Of a DNA stretch of 64,000 bases, positions 21,356 to 30,576 are shown piece by piece. The notes beneath the pieces were generated by a model. The model searched no databases. It saw nothing but the letters and a program-made list of their open reading frames with translations, and was not told the origin of the DNA. Source of the stretch: an uncultured Bacteroidales bacterium (GTDB taxonomy: Bacteria > Bacteroidota > Bacteroidia > Bacteroidales > VadinHA17); assembly GCA_963828395.1 (NCBI GenBank), contig CAWHED010000006.1, forward strand, positions 107,316 through 171,315, written 5' to 3'. How positions within the stretch are numbered: the stretch's first letter is position 1; every line of letters starts with the position of its first letter. Made by a program: the position numbers and the translations under genes.

Positions 21356-24287
21356 CACCGATTTTTTTTCTGCCGTCGATTTTAATGACCAGCGGTTCCG
21401 GAAATCTTATATGCCTTAGATACTGATCCTCGAAAAAGGCATCAGCAGCTGATAAAAAATCAAAATCGGTAAAGCCATCGCCAATAGAGGGATTAATTGT
21501 AAAGAAGCCCACCCTGAAAGCTGTGAGGTTCTGGAAAAAGTGCGTTCCCTGGCTCGGATCGACCCGGTAATTATCTAGTCCTGATTCAATTATAACCCTG
21601 GCTGCAGAAATTTGCGGCCATTTAACAGGTATTCCAAGCCACGGATCACTTGAACCCCATCTGCCTGGCCCGATCAATATATAGTTTCTCCGCTCTTTCA
21701 GAAACTCATCATTTATTTCGTTGAGCTTAGCGGCAATTTCCTGGTTTTTTGCTGCAGTGAAGTTTTCAGTTTTAACATATATCAGGTCACATATCCCGTT
21801 TATGGTTCCGTTTCCCAGGGCTGAATTTGAAAGAATGATTGTATCCGAATGAGATATCTCTTCCAGTTTATCTTTGATTATTTCGGTGTTTTCAACAATT
21901 GGCCTGATTTGCAGGAGATTAAACAAAATGTTTTTTTTTCTTTCAGGGTCAATATTTACTGCAAATTCTATTTCAACAGGATTGTTCAGCTGTTGCTGGC
22001 CGATTTCAAGGATTGTTTTCAAAATATCATCGAGGGGAAACAGATCATACTTCAGAACACTGGAAAAGGTTATTATTCTTTCACCATCATCACTTATGCC
22101 ATCTCTTATAATATCATTCTGATAATCGTAAGTGGAAGCCACAAATTTAAGCGAGCCATCTTTTTCCGCGTCGCTGATTTTAAGCTTAAGCAGGTTTACT
22201 GCATCGTCGGTACTGGGAATAAAACTGGCCGGGTTAAGGTCGAGAGCATAAAATTCATGCTGGGTTTCGCGCAAAGCCATTTTAGTATCTGACAATTGCA
22301 ATACCTTTCGTGGGTACTTTGGTGAAAACCTGAGTGCCATCCCTCCGTCGACAATATATTTACCTAAACCAAAGGCAAGGCTGACAAATCCATCTTCTGA
22401 TTTTTCAGGTTCAATGGGATAAAAATTAATTGATCTTGCGACACCTGAAATAGTCGGGTAGAAACGATTTCCATATTTCTGTCCGCAAACCTCCTGGAGC
22501 ACGATGCCCATTTTCTCTTCTTCTATCAGGTTCCCGGTAGCTGTCATATAGTCTCTGCTGCCCTTGAAGAAAACAGATGCATAAACACTTTTTATCCCAA
22601 TGCTCAGCAATTCCAGCATCGTCACATCGTCTTCAGCTTTGGGGATCATATATGTGGAATAAATCCCGGCAAATGGCTGAAAATGTGAATCTTCAAGTAA
22701 ACTTGATGAGCGTATTGCCACAGGGCCGTTTATTTTTGAAATAAAGACATATAAATCCTTATGAATTCTTGCTGGCAGCTTTGCTCCGACGAAAGCTTCA
22801 AGAATTTCTATGTCACTTTGATGCGAAAAACCTGTTCCGTACAGGTTGTTTTGAGTAATGAATTCATCAAATACATCTGTGCTGAGCACTACTGTTCGCG
22901 GTATTGAAACCACCGTATCTTCAAAACTTACGAAATATTGATTTTGTTTAATTATGCTATCCAGAAAAGCCAATCCACGAGCTTTCCCCCCGATTGATCC
23001 CTCGCCTATTTTTGTAAATGTCAGGTATTCATCAAAATGTTCCCGGTAAAATTCGGCAATGACGCCATGTCCCTTGTTAAGCCGGAAGTTGGCAATGGCA
23101 TCAAAAATAAAACGGCGTGCCTGGTCAAGACTGGCAAAGTCATCAAGGCTTATCTTTTTCAAAAACTCAGCAAGTGAAAACAAAGCACGTGCATATAGCC
23201 ATTTGGATAAATGGTTTCTTGAGAGATGGTAACGAAGCGAATCGTCAGGAATTTCAAATAACCTGCGCTGGAAATTCTGCAAATCAGAAACCCTCGCAAT
23301 TTCCAGTCCTGTTTCAGGATCAGTAAAAACAAAATCGCCAAAAGAGAAAAGGCTTTTCATAAAAGCTTTTAGCTCAGCCGGAAGAGACTTGGAATTTTTA
23401 TTTAAAAATCCGTTCCCGAATTCTTTTGCATATTTTTCATTTTCAGGGTCTGCAGATTGAATTAAGACAGGAATGTTAGGATCATGTTCTTTTATCTGCT
23501 TAAAAAAATCTTCAATAGTACCCAGGCTTTTAAGTCCGTTTTGGTTTGTGTCAACATCGGTAATTACACCCAGGAGCTGTGATTTATGTCTCTCGAATAG
23601 CTGCAACCCTTCAGAATAACTGGTAGCAAGCAGAATTTTGGGTCTTCCCCGCATTTGCATCATTTTCTGATGCTCGTTAAGGCCCTCGATCATGTATTCC
23701 CGTGACTGTTCAAGGATTATTTTGTAAAGATGGCGCAAATAAATTGTAGCCGTCTTAACTGAGTTTTCAATCAATAATATGGATTGTACTCCCTCATGTT
23801 TATTATCTTCATCTACATTTAATTTATCTTCAATAAGGTTAATGATCGGGAAAAGGATATTTGTACTTCCCAGCCAACTGAAAACATAATCAATGCATGA
23901 TAAATCCTCGTTTTTTAATCTGAGAGATATTTCCCTTGAATCAGGAGCAACGATTACAATAGGTTTTTCGGGGTAAAGTTTCTTAATATTCGAAGAAAGT
24001 TCAAAGGGATCCAGATCGCTGATACTTAGCATATTTATAATTAAATCGATCTGTCTTCTGCCCAGTAATTCCATCGCTTCCGATGCAGACGAAACATGAA
24101 TAAACTGCGGAGGGTAACGGATATTAAATGAGACATAATCGTTGAAAATTTTTTCATCAATTTTCCCATCTTCTTCCATTATAAAGGCATCATATTTGCT
24201 GCAAATCAATAAGACATATTGAATCCTCTTATGCATCAACAGCTCAAAGGAAGTTTCCCTGAAAGTATTTTTTCTGAGCTTATCCAT
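21333..24287 (-). CDS. signalling protein: pseudo-receiver + receiver-like domain + PEP/pyruvate-binding (PPDK_N-type ATP-grasp) domain + conserved unassigned C-terminal domain
   Basis: 984 aa. The first receiver-like domain has DLIINMLSISDLDPF, with Met at the acceptor position. The second has LLGVITDVD. ATP-grasp motifs are GGKARGLAFL, VAIRSSSLLEDSHFQPFAGIYSTY, MGIVLQEV and VEIEFAV. The C-terminal module has ILIGPGRWGSSDPWLGIPVKWPQI and DPSQGTHFFQN. Its start lies 12 nt downstream of the gdhA stop. Confidence 0.8.
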   Translation of the reverse strand: MDKLRKNTFRETSFELLMHKRIQYVLLICSKYDAFIMEEDGKIDEKIFNDYVSFNIRYPPQFIHVSSASEAMELLGRRQIDLIINMLSISDLDPFELSSNIKKLYPEKPIVIVAPDSREISLRLKNEDLSCIDYVFSWLGSTNILFPIINLIEDKLNVDEDNKHEGVQSILLIENSVKTATIYLRHLYKIILEQSREYMIEGLNEHQKMMQMRGRPKILLATSYSEGLQLFERHKSQLLGVITDVDTNQNGLKSLGTIEDFFKQIKEHDPNIPVLIQSADPENEKYAKEFGNGFLNKNSKSLPAELKAFMKSLFSFGDFVFTDPETGLEIARVSDLQNFQRRLFEIPDDSLRYHLSRNHLSKWLYARALFSLAEFLKKISLDDFASLDQARRFIFDAIANFRLNKGHGVIAEFYREHFDEYLTFTKIGEGSIGGKARGLAFLDSIIKQNQYFVSFEDTVVSIPRTVVLSTDVFDEFITQNNLYGTGFSHQSDIEILEAFVGAKLPARIHKDLYVFISKINGPVAIRSSSLLEDSHFQPFAGIYSTYMIPKAEDDVTMLELLSIGIKSVYASVFFKGSRDYMTATGNLIEEEKMGIVLQEVCGQKYGNRFYPTISGVARSINFYPIEPEKSEDGFVSLAFGLGKYIVDGGMALRFSPKYPRKVLQLSDTKMALRETQHEFYALDLNPASFIPSTDDAVNLLKLKISDAEKDGSLKFVASTYDYQNDIIRDGISDDGERIITFSSVLKYDLFPLDDILKTILEIGQQQLNNPVEIEFAVNIDPERKKNILFNLLQIRPIVENTEIIKDKLEEISHSDTIILSNSALGNGTINGICDLIYVKTENFTAAKNQEIAAKLNEINDEFLKERRNYILIGPGRWGSSDPWLGIPVKWPQISAARVIIESGLDNYRVDPSQGTHFFQNLTAFRVGFFTINPSIGDGFTDFDFLSAADAFFEDQYLRHIRFPEPLVIKIDGRKKIGVIMKPKS

Positions 24288-24299
24288 TGTTAAAATATC

Positions 24300-25643
24300 C
24301 TAGACCAATCCCTGGGCTAGCATGGCTTCGGCGACTTTAACAAATCCACCAATATTGGCACCATTAACATAATTAATATACTTATCTTTTTCTATCCCGT
24401 ATTTCACACAAGTGGCATGGATATCCTTCATTATCTGATGTAAGCGGCTGTCAACTTCCTGGCTCGTCCATGACAGGCGCATTGAATTCTGGCTCATTTC
24501 CAGACCAGAAGTGGCTACTCCGCCGGCATTGGCAGCTTTACCGGGGCCGTACAGAATCCTGCTCTTAAGAAATATCTCGACTGCATCCGGTACTGAGGGC
24601 ATATTAGAGCCTTCAGAGACTACGAAGCAACCGTTTTTGATCAATAATGTAGCGTCAGGGCCTGATATTTCATTTTGAGTAGCAGCAGGCAAAGCAACCT
24701 GGCAGGGAACTTCCCATGGTGCCGGTTTTCCGTCAACATATTTGCACTTGTATTTATCAGCATATTCCTTGATCCTTCCTCTTTTTACATTTTTCAGATT
24801 CATTACGAAGGCAAGCTTTTCCTCATTAATTCCTTCAGCATCGTAGATATAACCATTGGAATCCGATAACGTAATCACTTTGGCGCCCATTTGAATTGCT
24901 TTTTCAGTGGCATATTGCGCCACGTTACCTGAACCCGAGACAGTACATATCTTATTTCTCAGGCTGTCACCTCTTGTGTTAAGCATTTCCTCGGCAAAAT
25001 AAACCTGTCCATAACCTGTTGCCTGTGGCCGGATAAGGCTTCCTCCCCATTCCAGTCCTTTTCCGGTCAGAACGCCTGTGAATTCATTTCTAAGTCGCTT
25101 GTACTGACCAAACATATAGCCAATTTCCCTGCTTCCGACACCGATATCACCGGCAGGTACATCCGTATCTGCTCCGATATGCCTGAACAGTTCACTCATG
25201 AAAGACTGGCAGAATCGCATTACTTCATTGTCAGTTTTTCCTTTGGGGTCGAAATCCGATCCTCCCTTGCCACCTCCCATAGGAAGGGTTGTTAAGCTAT
25301 TTTTAAAAACCTGTTCAAAAGCGAGGAACTTAAGGATACCTAAATTCACGGTAGGATGAAATCGTAAACCACCTTTATAGGGTCCGATAGCACTATTCAT
25401 TTCTATTCTGTAACCCCTGTTTATCTGAATCTCACCTTTATCATCCATCCAGGGTACTCTGAAGATGATTACCCTTTCAGGTTCGGCTATTCTCTCCAGA
25501 ATTTTAGGGTACCGGTATTTAGGGTTCTCCTCAATAAACGGCATAATTGACTCCGTGACTTCTTTTACAGCCTGGTGAAATTCAATCTCACCGGGATTTT
25601 TGGCGATGATTTTCGCCATGAATTCTTCAACTGCTTTGGACAT
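24300..25643 (-). CDS. gdhA: glutamate dehydrogenase (hexameric, NAD(P)-dependent)
   Basis: 447 aa with PMGGGKGGSDFDPKGK, the VPAGDIGVG region and the nucleotide fold VSGSGNVAQYA. This is the classic GdhA family. Confidence 0.93.
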   Translation of the reverse strand: MSKAVEEFMAKIIAKNPGEIEFHQAVKEVTESIMPFIEENPKYRYPKILERIAEPERVIIFRVPWMDDKGEIQINRGYRIEMNSAIGPYKGGLRFHPTVNLGILKFLAFEQVFKNSLTTLPMGGGKGGSDFDPKGKTDNEVMRFCQSFMSELFRHIGADTDVPAGDIGVGSREIGYMFGQYKRLRNEFTGVLTGKGLEWGGSLIRPQATGYGQVYFAEEMLNTRGDSLRNKICTVSGSGNVAQYATEKAIQMGAKVITLSDSNGYIYDAEGINEEKLAFVMNLKNVKRGRIKEYADKYKCKYVDGKPAPWEVPCQVALPAATQNEISGPDATLLIKNGCFVVSEGSNMPSVPDAVEIFLKSRILYGPGKAANAGGVATSGLEMSQNSMRLSWTSQEVDSRLHQIMKDIHATCVKYGIEKDKYINYVNGANIGGFVKVAEAMLAQGLV

Positions 25644-25858
25644 GGGTTTTGATTTTTTAAGGTGGGTTTTGTGATAATTAACAAATTTATATAATTAAAA
25701 TCCTTGACACTATAACTTTCCGACAAAAAATTAATCGGGATATTTTCATAACTTTCATATTATTTTGTTTCAGGCCTTAAGTTTTATGAAACAAATGAAC
25801 TGGTTATCATTCAGATAATTACCTTTCTGATTTTAGTATTCCTTGACCTTAACTGACA

Positions 25859-28800
25859 ATGGAAGATATAACGCATTGGCAAAAGGAAATGCAGAAACTT
25901 CTGGCTGAAAAAATTCAAAGTCAGAAAGGCTTGTCGATTATTTACCTGATAAACAAGATTATCAGCAGGAGGGATTCAGTCGAAAATACACTTTATGAGA
26001 TAGTTAAAGAGATACCCAAAGGATGGCAATACTCAGAATATGCTTATGCCCGTATAAAATATGATGGCCAGGAATACCGGCCTGAGAGTTTCAAGGAGAC
26101 CCGGTGGATTCAAAAACAAATTTTTGAAACTTATGATAAAAAATGGGGAGCCATTGATGTGTTCTATTCAAAACAGCTCCCTAAGGCTGATGAAGGTCCT
26201 TTTTTACATGAGGAGAGACAATTGCTTGAAAACATAGCAACTATTGTTTGCAACTACTTAAACTCACAAAAGGCAATAAGTCAGTCAGAGGTTGTTGAAG
26301 AAGATACCGGAATCAGGCTGGAGCGCTCCCGGGTAATCAGTGAAGAGAAAAACATTGATGACACTCTATTGCAAATCTGCAGGAATATGCCAAAATCCTG
26401 GCAATATCCTGAATTCTCCGTTGCAAGAATCATTTATGACGGGAAAGAATACCTGAGTTCAGATAAGAATTTTGAAGAGTACCAATGGAGCTTAAAAGAG
26501 GATTTTACGACTATTGACAGTAAATCCGGCACTATTGAATTCTATTACCTGAAGGGTTTTCCGGTCAGCAATAAGGAAATATACCTGAAGTCCGAGGAGG
26601 AGCTGCTGGGTAACATGGCCAACTTAATTGCCGGCTTTTTAAATATAATCAAGGGCAATGAAATCAGGCACCCTTCAGATAAGGATGATGCGAAAAGCAG
26701 TGAGATAAGTGAACCCAACAGGATTTTTGCCTGTATTAATGAGATTTCGAAGATACTGAGAAACGGACTTTCGATAGATACCACCCTGACCGGGATAATC
26801 GAGATTATTCCGCAGGCATTCCGGTTTCCTGAACTCATTAAATCGCGCATTAAATATGATGATCAGGAGTTCTCCTCATCCGGTTTTGTTGAAACGCCAT
26901 GGTTATTAAAAGTATTTTTTAAGACCATTTCAGCAAAAAGAGGCTCGATCCAGGTTTATTATTCAGGTGATGATCTGGAATCTAATGACCAACCCTTCCT
27001 GGAAGAAGAGAAACAGTTTGTTGAAACCCTCGCATTGCTGATATCAGGCTTTATAAATGTTATATACGGCCTTGACAGGGTTATTGCGACTGAAAAAGGA
27101 CTAAAGAAAGTCATGTATGAAAAGACAGAGCGTCTGAAAGAGTTGTCGTGTATCAATCAAACCACGTCAATTCTTCAGGCCGAAAAATCTGTCGAAAATG
27201 CATTAAAGCAAATTGTATACATAATACCTGACGCCTGGCAATATCCTGAATTCACTGTTGCGAGAATCAGCTTTGACGGCCAGGAATACATTTCGCCGAA
27301 TTTTAAATCTACCAAATGGAGACAACGGCAACCCTTTCTCACAATCGATGATAAGGTCGGGGAAATAGAGGTTTACTATACAAAAGAGTTTTCTGACATA
27401 GACGAAGGTCCGTTTATGAAGGAGGAAAGAGATTTGATAAACAATATTTCTACCCTGATCTGCAATTATTTAAACACCTTGCAGGGTGAGGTTGCCATAA
27501 AGAAATTCAGGGATGATGAAGATCTCAAGCAAAAGTTCCAGGCAGCCAGGGATTTTCTCTTAAACAAGCGAAAACTTCTCCAGAATTTCCTCGAGAAAAA
27601 CAATTATGACCGTGATGTATTCCATGATCTGATGAAGTTTAAAGTAAAAGAGATTTTAATTATTTCAAATCTTTATGATGCTTACAGTCTTGAACGTGAA
27701 GGTAAATTTTCCGATTATATCCTGGGGGTTTATTACCAGTTGAATTTAACATCAATACCCAGAATTACCGGTGTAGGGTCGTTTGAAGAAGCCTTTGAAA
27801 AACTTTATTCCAGGCACTTCGACTTAATAATTATCATGGTGGGCATTGATAAGAAGGGGCCTATAGAAATTGCACAAAAACTGAAAGCACTGTACAAATA
27901 CATTCCCATTTATTTATTGCTCAATAACAATCAATTCATACATTTCTTTCAGACCGAGCAAAAGAAAACGCACCTTATTGACAACGTTTTTGTCTGGAAC
28001 GGAGATTCAAGGATATTTTTTGCAATGGTCAAACAACTCGAGGACCATGTAAATGTTGAGAACGACACCAAAGTAGGTTATAGTCGGATTATACTGATTG
28101 TCGAAGACTCGGCAAAATATTATTCGCGTTACATTCCCCTGCTTTATCATAGTGTAATGGAGCAGACCAGACGAATAATTGAGGACGTCAGCTCCATGGA
28201 TGAATTGTATAAGCTGCTTCGTCTGCGGGTTCGTCCCAAAATTTTAATGGCATCGAATTACGAAGAGGCAATAGACATCTTTAACAAATACAAGGAATTC
28301 TTCCTTTGTCTGATTTCTGATGTGAAATTTCAGAAAGACGGACAATTCGACGAAAACGCAGGTTTTGAACTGGTTAAATTCATTAAGTCTGAAATTCCAG
28401 ACCTGCCCACTATTATCCAATCGTCAGATCAGGAGAATGAGAAGAAAGCCAAAGAATTAAACTGTGTATTTATTTACAAGGATTCAGATACTCTCGCCCA
28501 GGATATTAAATACTTTATAAGCTACAATCTCGGATTTGGTGATTTTATTTACAAGGACGGAGCCGGAGAAACAATCGGCACTGCCAAGAACATGAATGAA
28601 TTTGAAGAACAGCTTCAATCCATCCCGACTGAAACGTTGTTATACCATGCAAAGAAGAATCATTTTTCATTATGGCTTACTGCCCGGGGCGAGATCCAGC
28701 TTGCAAGGGAAATTGCACCAAAGAAAATAAGCGATTTCAGGGATGCCGAAAGCCTGAGGGAGTACCTAATAAATGTTGTAAAAAAACTCAAATACGAGAA

Positions 28801-30532
28801 AAACAAAGGCAAAATTGTCGAGTTTGACGAAACGCTGATCCTTGAAGAGAGCAATATAATTCTGCTGTCAACGGGTGCACTTGGAGGTAAAGGGCGAGGA
28901 CTGGCGTTTATCCATACTCTGATCTATAATTTTGACATATCAAATTATGTTCAGGGTATCAATATAAAAGCGCCCCGGACCTTTATCATAGGCACTGATG
29001 AATTTGAGGGCTTCCTCGATAATAACAAGCTGAGGGATAAAATCTATTCAGAAACCAGGTACGATACAATAAAACGGCTTTTTATTGAAGGGAGACTTTC
29101 ACCTGCTTTGGAAGCGAAATTGCGGATTATCCTCGAGAAAATAACCAAACCCCTGGCAGTTCGTTCTTCAGGGCTTTTTGAAGATTCCCTGATGCAGCCT
29201 TTCGCTGGAATTTTTGAAACCTATCTGCTGCCAAACAGCAATGAGGATATTGAAATCCGTTTAAGACAACTGATGGATGCAATCAAACTGGTATATGCAT
29301 CCATATATTCTGATACCGCCCGGGGTTATATCAATGCCATCAATTACAAGATTGAAGAAGAAAAGATGGCAGTAATAATTCAGGAAGTTGTAGGTGAGCA
29401 ATATGAAAATACGTATTATCCGCATATCAGCGGGGTAAGCCAGTCATATAACTATTACCCTTACAGCTATATGCAGCCCGAAGACGGATTTGCTGTTATC
29501 GCGGTAGGGTTGGGGACTTATGTGGTAGAAGGCGAAAAAGCCTTCAGATTTTCACCAAAATATCCGAACCTGGAAATAAATACTCCAAAAGACCAGTATT
29601 TAAATTCCCAGATTGAACTTTTGGCTGTTGACCTGGCTAAGAAAGAGTTTAATCTGCTCGAGGGAGATACTGCCGGGCTGGTAAGGTTAAGCATAGAGGA
29701 TGCTGAGAGGCATGGAGTAATTAAACATTGTGCATCAGTTTATTCTGCTGAGAATAAAACAGTTTACGCGGGAACAGACAAGGCAGGACCCAGAATTATC
29801 AATTTTGCTGATATCCTGAAATACCGGTACATACCTTTGGCTGACACGCTGGTAGAGATCCTGGATATTGTCAAGGAGGCGCTTGGTACTCCGGTTGAAA
29901 TTGAGTTTGCTGTTGATTTAGCCAGGGATAATAATAATAAAGCTTCGTTTTATCTGCTGCAAATCAAACCTATAATTGGTGCATCGCTTGACTATGAGGT
30001 CAATATGGATGAGATAGACAAAACACATATCCTGCTTTTTGCGGAAAAAAGTATGGGCAATGGAATGATAAACAATATCCATGATGTGATTTATGTCAAC
30101 AAAGACGATTTTGACAAAACCAAAACGCTTGAGATCGCTGCTGAGGTAGCCTCTTTTAACGATGAAATGATCAGGAGTGGCAGCCAGTATATTTTATTGG
30201 GCCCGGGAAGGTGGGGTACGGTCGACCGGTGGATCGGAATTCCGGTAACATGGCCTCAGATATGCAATGCAAAGGTTATAATCGAAACCAGCCTTGATGA
30301 TTTTCCGCTCGATGCCTCGTCAGGGTCGCACTTCTTTCACAATGTCACATCAATGAATGTCGGGTATTTTTCTATTCAGCATAATCAGAAAAGCTCTGTT
30401 TTGGACTGGGACATACTGAAGAAGCAACAAATCATTAAACAAAAAAAGTATGTTACCCATGTCCGGTTTGAAAACAGCCTGACTGTTAAGATGGACGGGA
30501 AAAAGAGGATTTCCGTAATCACATGGGAATGA
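25859..30532 (+). CDS. giant paralogue of 21333-24287: four tandem sensor-like repeats + pseudo-receiver + receiver + PPDK_N-type ATP-grasp + same unassigned C-terminal domain
   Basis: 1557 aa. Four repeats of 105-120 aa share P..WQYPEF..ARI.YDG.EY...F..T.W......(ti)d...G.I.VYY...........PF..EE..L....A.LI...LN. FDLIIIMVGID has Met at the acceptor position. IVEDS...FLCLISDVKFQKDG is a receiver-like domain with Asp. ATP-grasp and C-terminal motifs are GGKGRGLAFI, LAVRSSGLFEDSLMQPFAGIFETY, VEIEFAV, ILLGPGRWGTVDRWIGIPVTWPQI and DASSGSHFFHN. Confidence 0.8.
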   Translation: MEDITHWQKEMQKLLAEKIQSQKGLSIIYLINKIISRRDSVENTLYEIVKEIPKGWQYSEYAYARIKYDGQEYRPESFKETRWIQKQIFETYDKKWGAIDVFYSKQLPKADEGPFLHEERQLLENIATIVCNYLNSQKAISQSEVVEEDTGIRLERSRVISEEKNIDDTLLQICRNMPKSWQYPEFSVARIIYDGKEYLSSDKNFEEYQWSLKEDFTTIDSKSGTIEFYYLKGFPVSNKEIYLKSEEELLGNMANLIAGFLNIIKGNEIRHPSDKDDAKSSEISEPNRIFACINEISKILRNGLSIDTTLTGIIEIIPQAFRFPELIKSRIKYDDQEFSSSGFVETPWLLKVFFKTISAKRGSIQVYYSGDDLESNDQPFLEEEKQFVETLALLISGFINVIYGLDRVIATEKGLKKVMYEKTERLKELSCINQTTSILQAEKSVENALKQIVYIIPDAWQYPEFTVARISFDGQEYISPNFKSTKWRQRQPFLTIDDKVGEIEVYYTKEFSDIDEGPFMKEERDLINNISTLICNYLNTLQGEVAIKKFRDDEDLKQKFQAARDFLLNKRKLLQNFLEKNNYDRDVFHDLMKFKVKEILIISNLYDAYSLEREGKFSDYILGVYYQLNLTSIPRITGVGSFEEAFEKLYSRHFDLIIIMVGIDKKGPIEIAQKLKALYKYIPIYLLLNNNQFIHFFQTEQKKTHLIDNVFVWNGDSRIFFAMVKQLEDHVNVENDTKVGYSRIILIVEDSAKYYSRYIPLLYHSVMEQTRRIIEDVSSMDELYKLLRLRVRPKILMASNYEEAIDIFNKYKEFFLCLISDVKFQKDGQFDENAGFELVKFIKSEIPDLPTIIQSSDQENEKKAKELNCVFIYKDSDTLAQDIKYFISYNLGFGDFIYKDGAGETIGTAKNMNEFEEQLQSIPTETLLYHAKKNHFSLWLTARGEIQLAREIAPKKISDFRDAESLREYLINVVKKLKYEKNKGKIVEFDETLILEESNIILLSTGALGGKGRGLAFIHTLIYNFDISNYVQGINIKAPRTFIIGTDEFEGFLDNNKLRDKIYSETRYDTIKRLFIEGRLSPALEAKLRIILEKITKPLAVRSSGLFEDSLMQPFAGIFETYLLPNSNEDIEIRLRQLMDAIKLVYASIYSDTARGYINAINYKIEEEKMAVIIQEVVGEQYENTYYPHISGVSQSYNYYPYSYMQPEDGFAVIAVGLGTYVVEGEKAFRFSPKYPNLEINTPKDQYLNSQIELLAVDLAKKEFNLLEGDTAGLVRLSIEDAERHGVIKHCASVYSAENKTVYAGTDKAGPRIINFADILKYRYIPLADTLVEILDIVKEALGTPVEIEFAVDLARDNNNKASFYLLQIKPIIGASLDYEVNMDEIDKTHILLFAEKSMGNGMINNIHDVIYVNKDDFDKTKTLEIAAEVASFNDEMIRSGSQYILLGPGRWGTVDRWIGIPVTWPQICNAKVIIETSLDDFPLDASSGSHFFHNVTSMNVGYFSIQHNQKSSVLDWDILKKQQIIKQKKYVTHVRFENSLTVKMDGKKRISVITWE

Positions 30533-30576
30533 TTGGATATCAAAAATCATCTCAACATCTGTCGTTGATAGGTTTT

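Noticed and set aside
21333-30532. Annotating the two large proteins as PEP synthase or pyruvate phosphate dikinase
   Set aside because: Only the N-terminal ATP-grasp (PEP/pyruvate-binding) domain motifs are present. I see no swivel phosphohistidine domain and no C-terminal PEP-utiliser TIM barrel motifs. Receiver-like domains precede the ATP-grasp, so an enzymatic PpsA/PPDK call is not supported.
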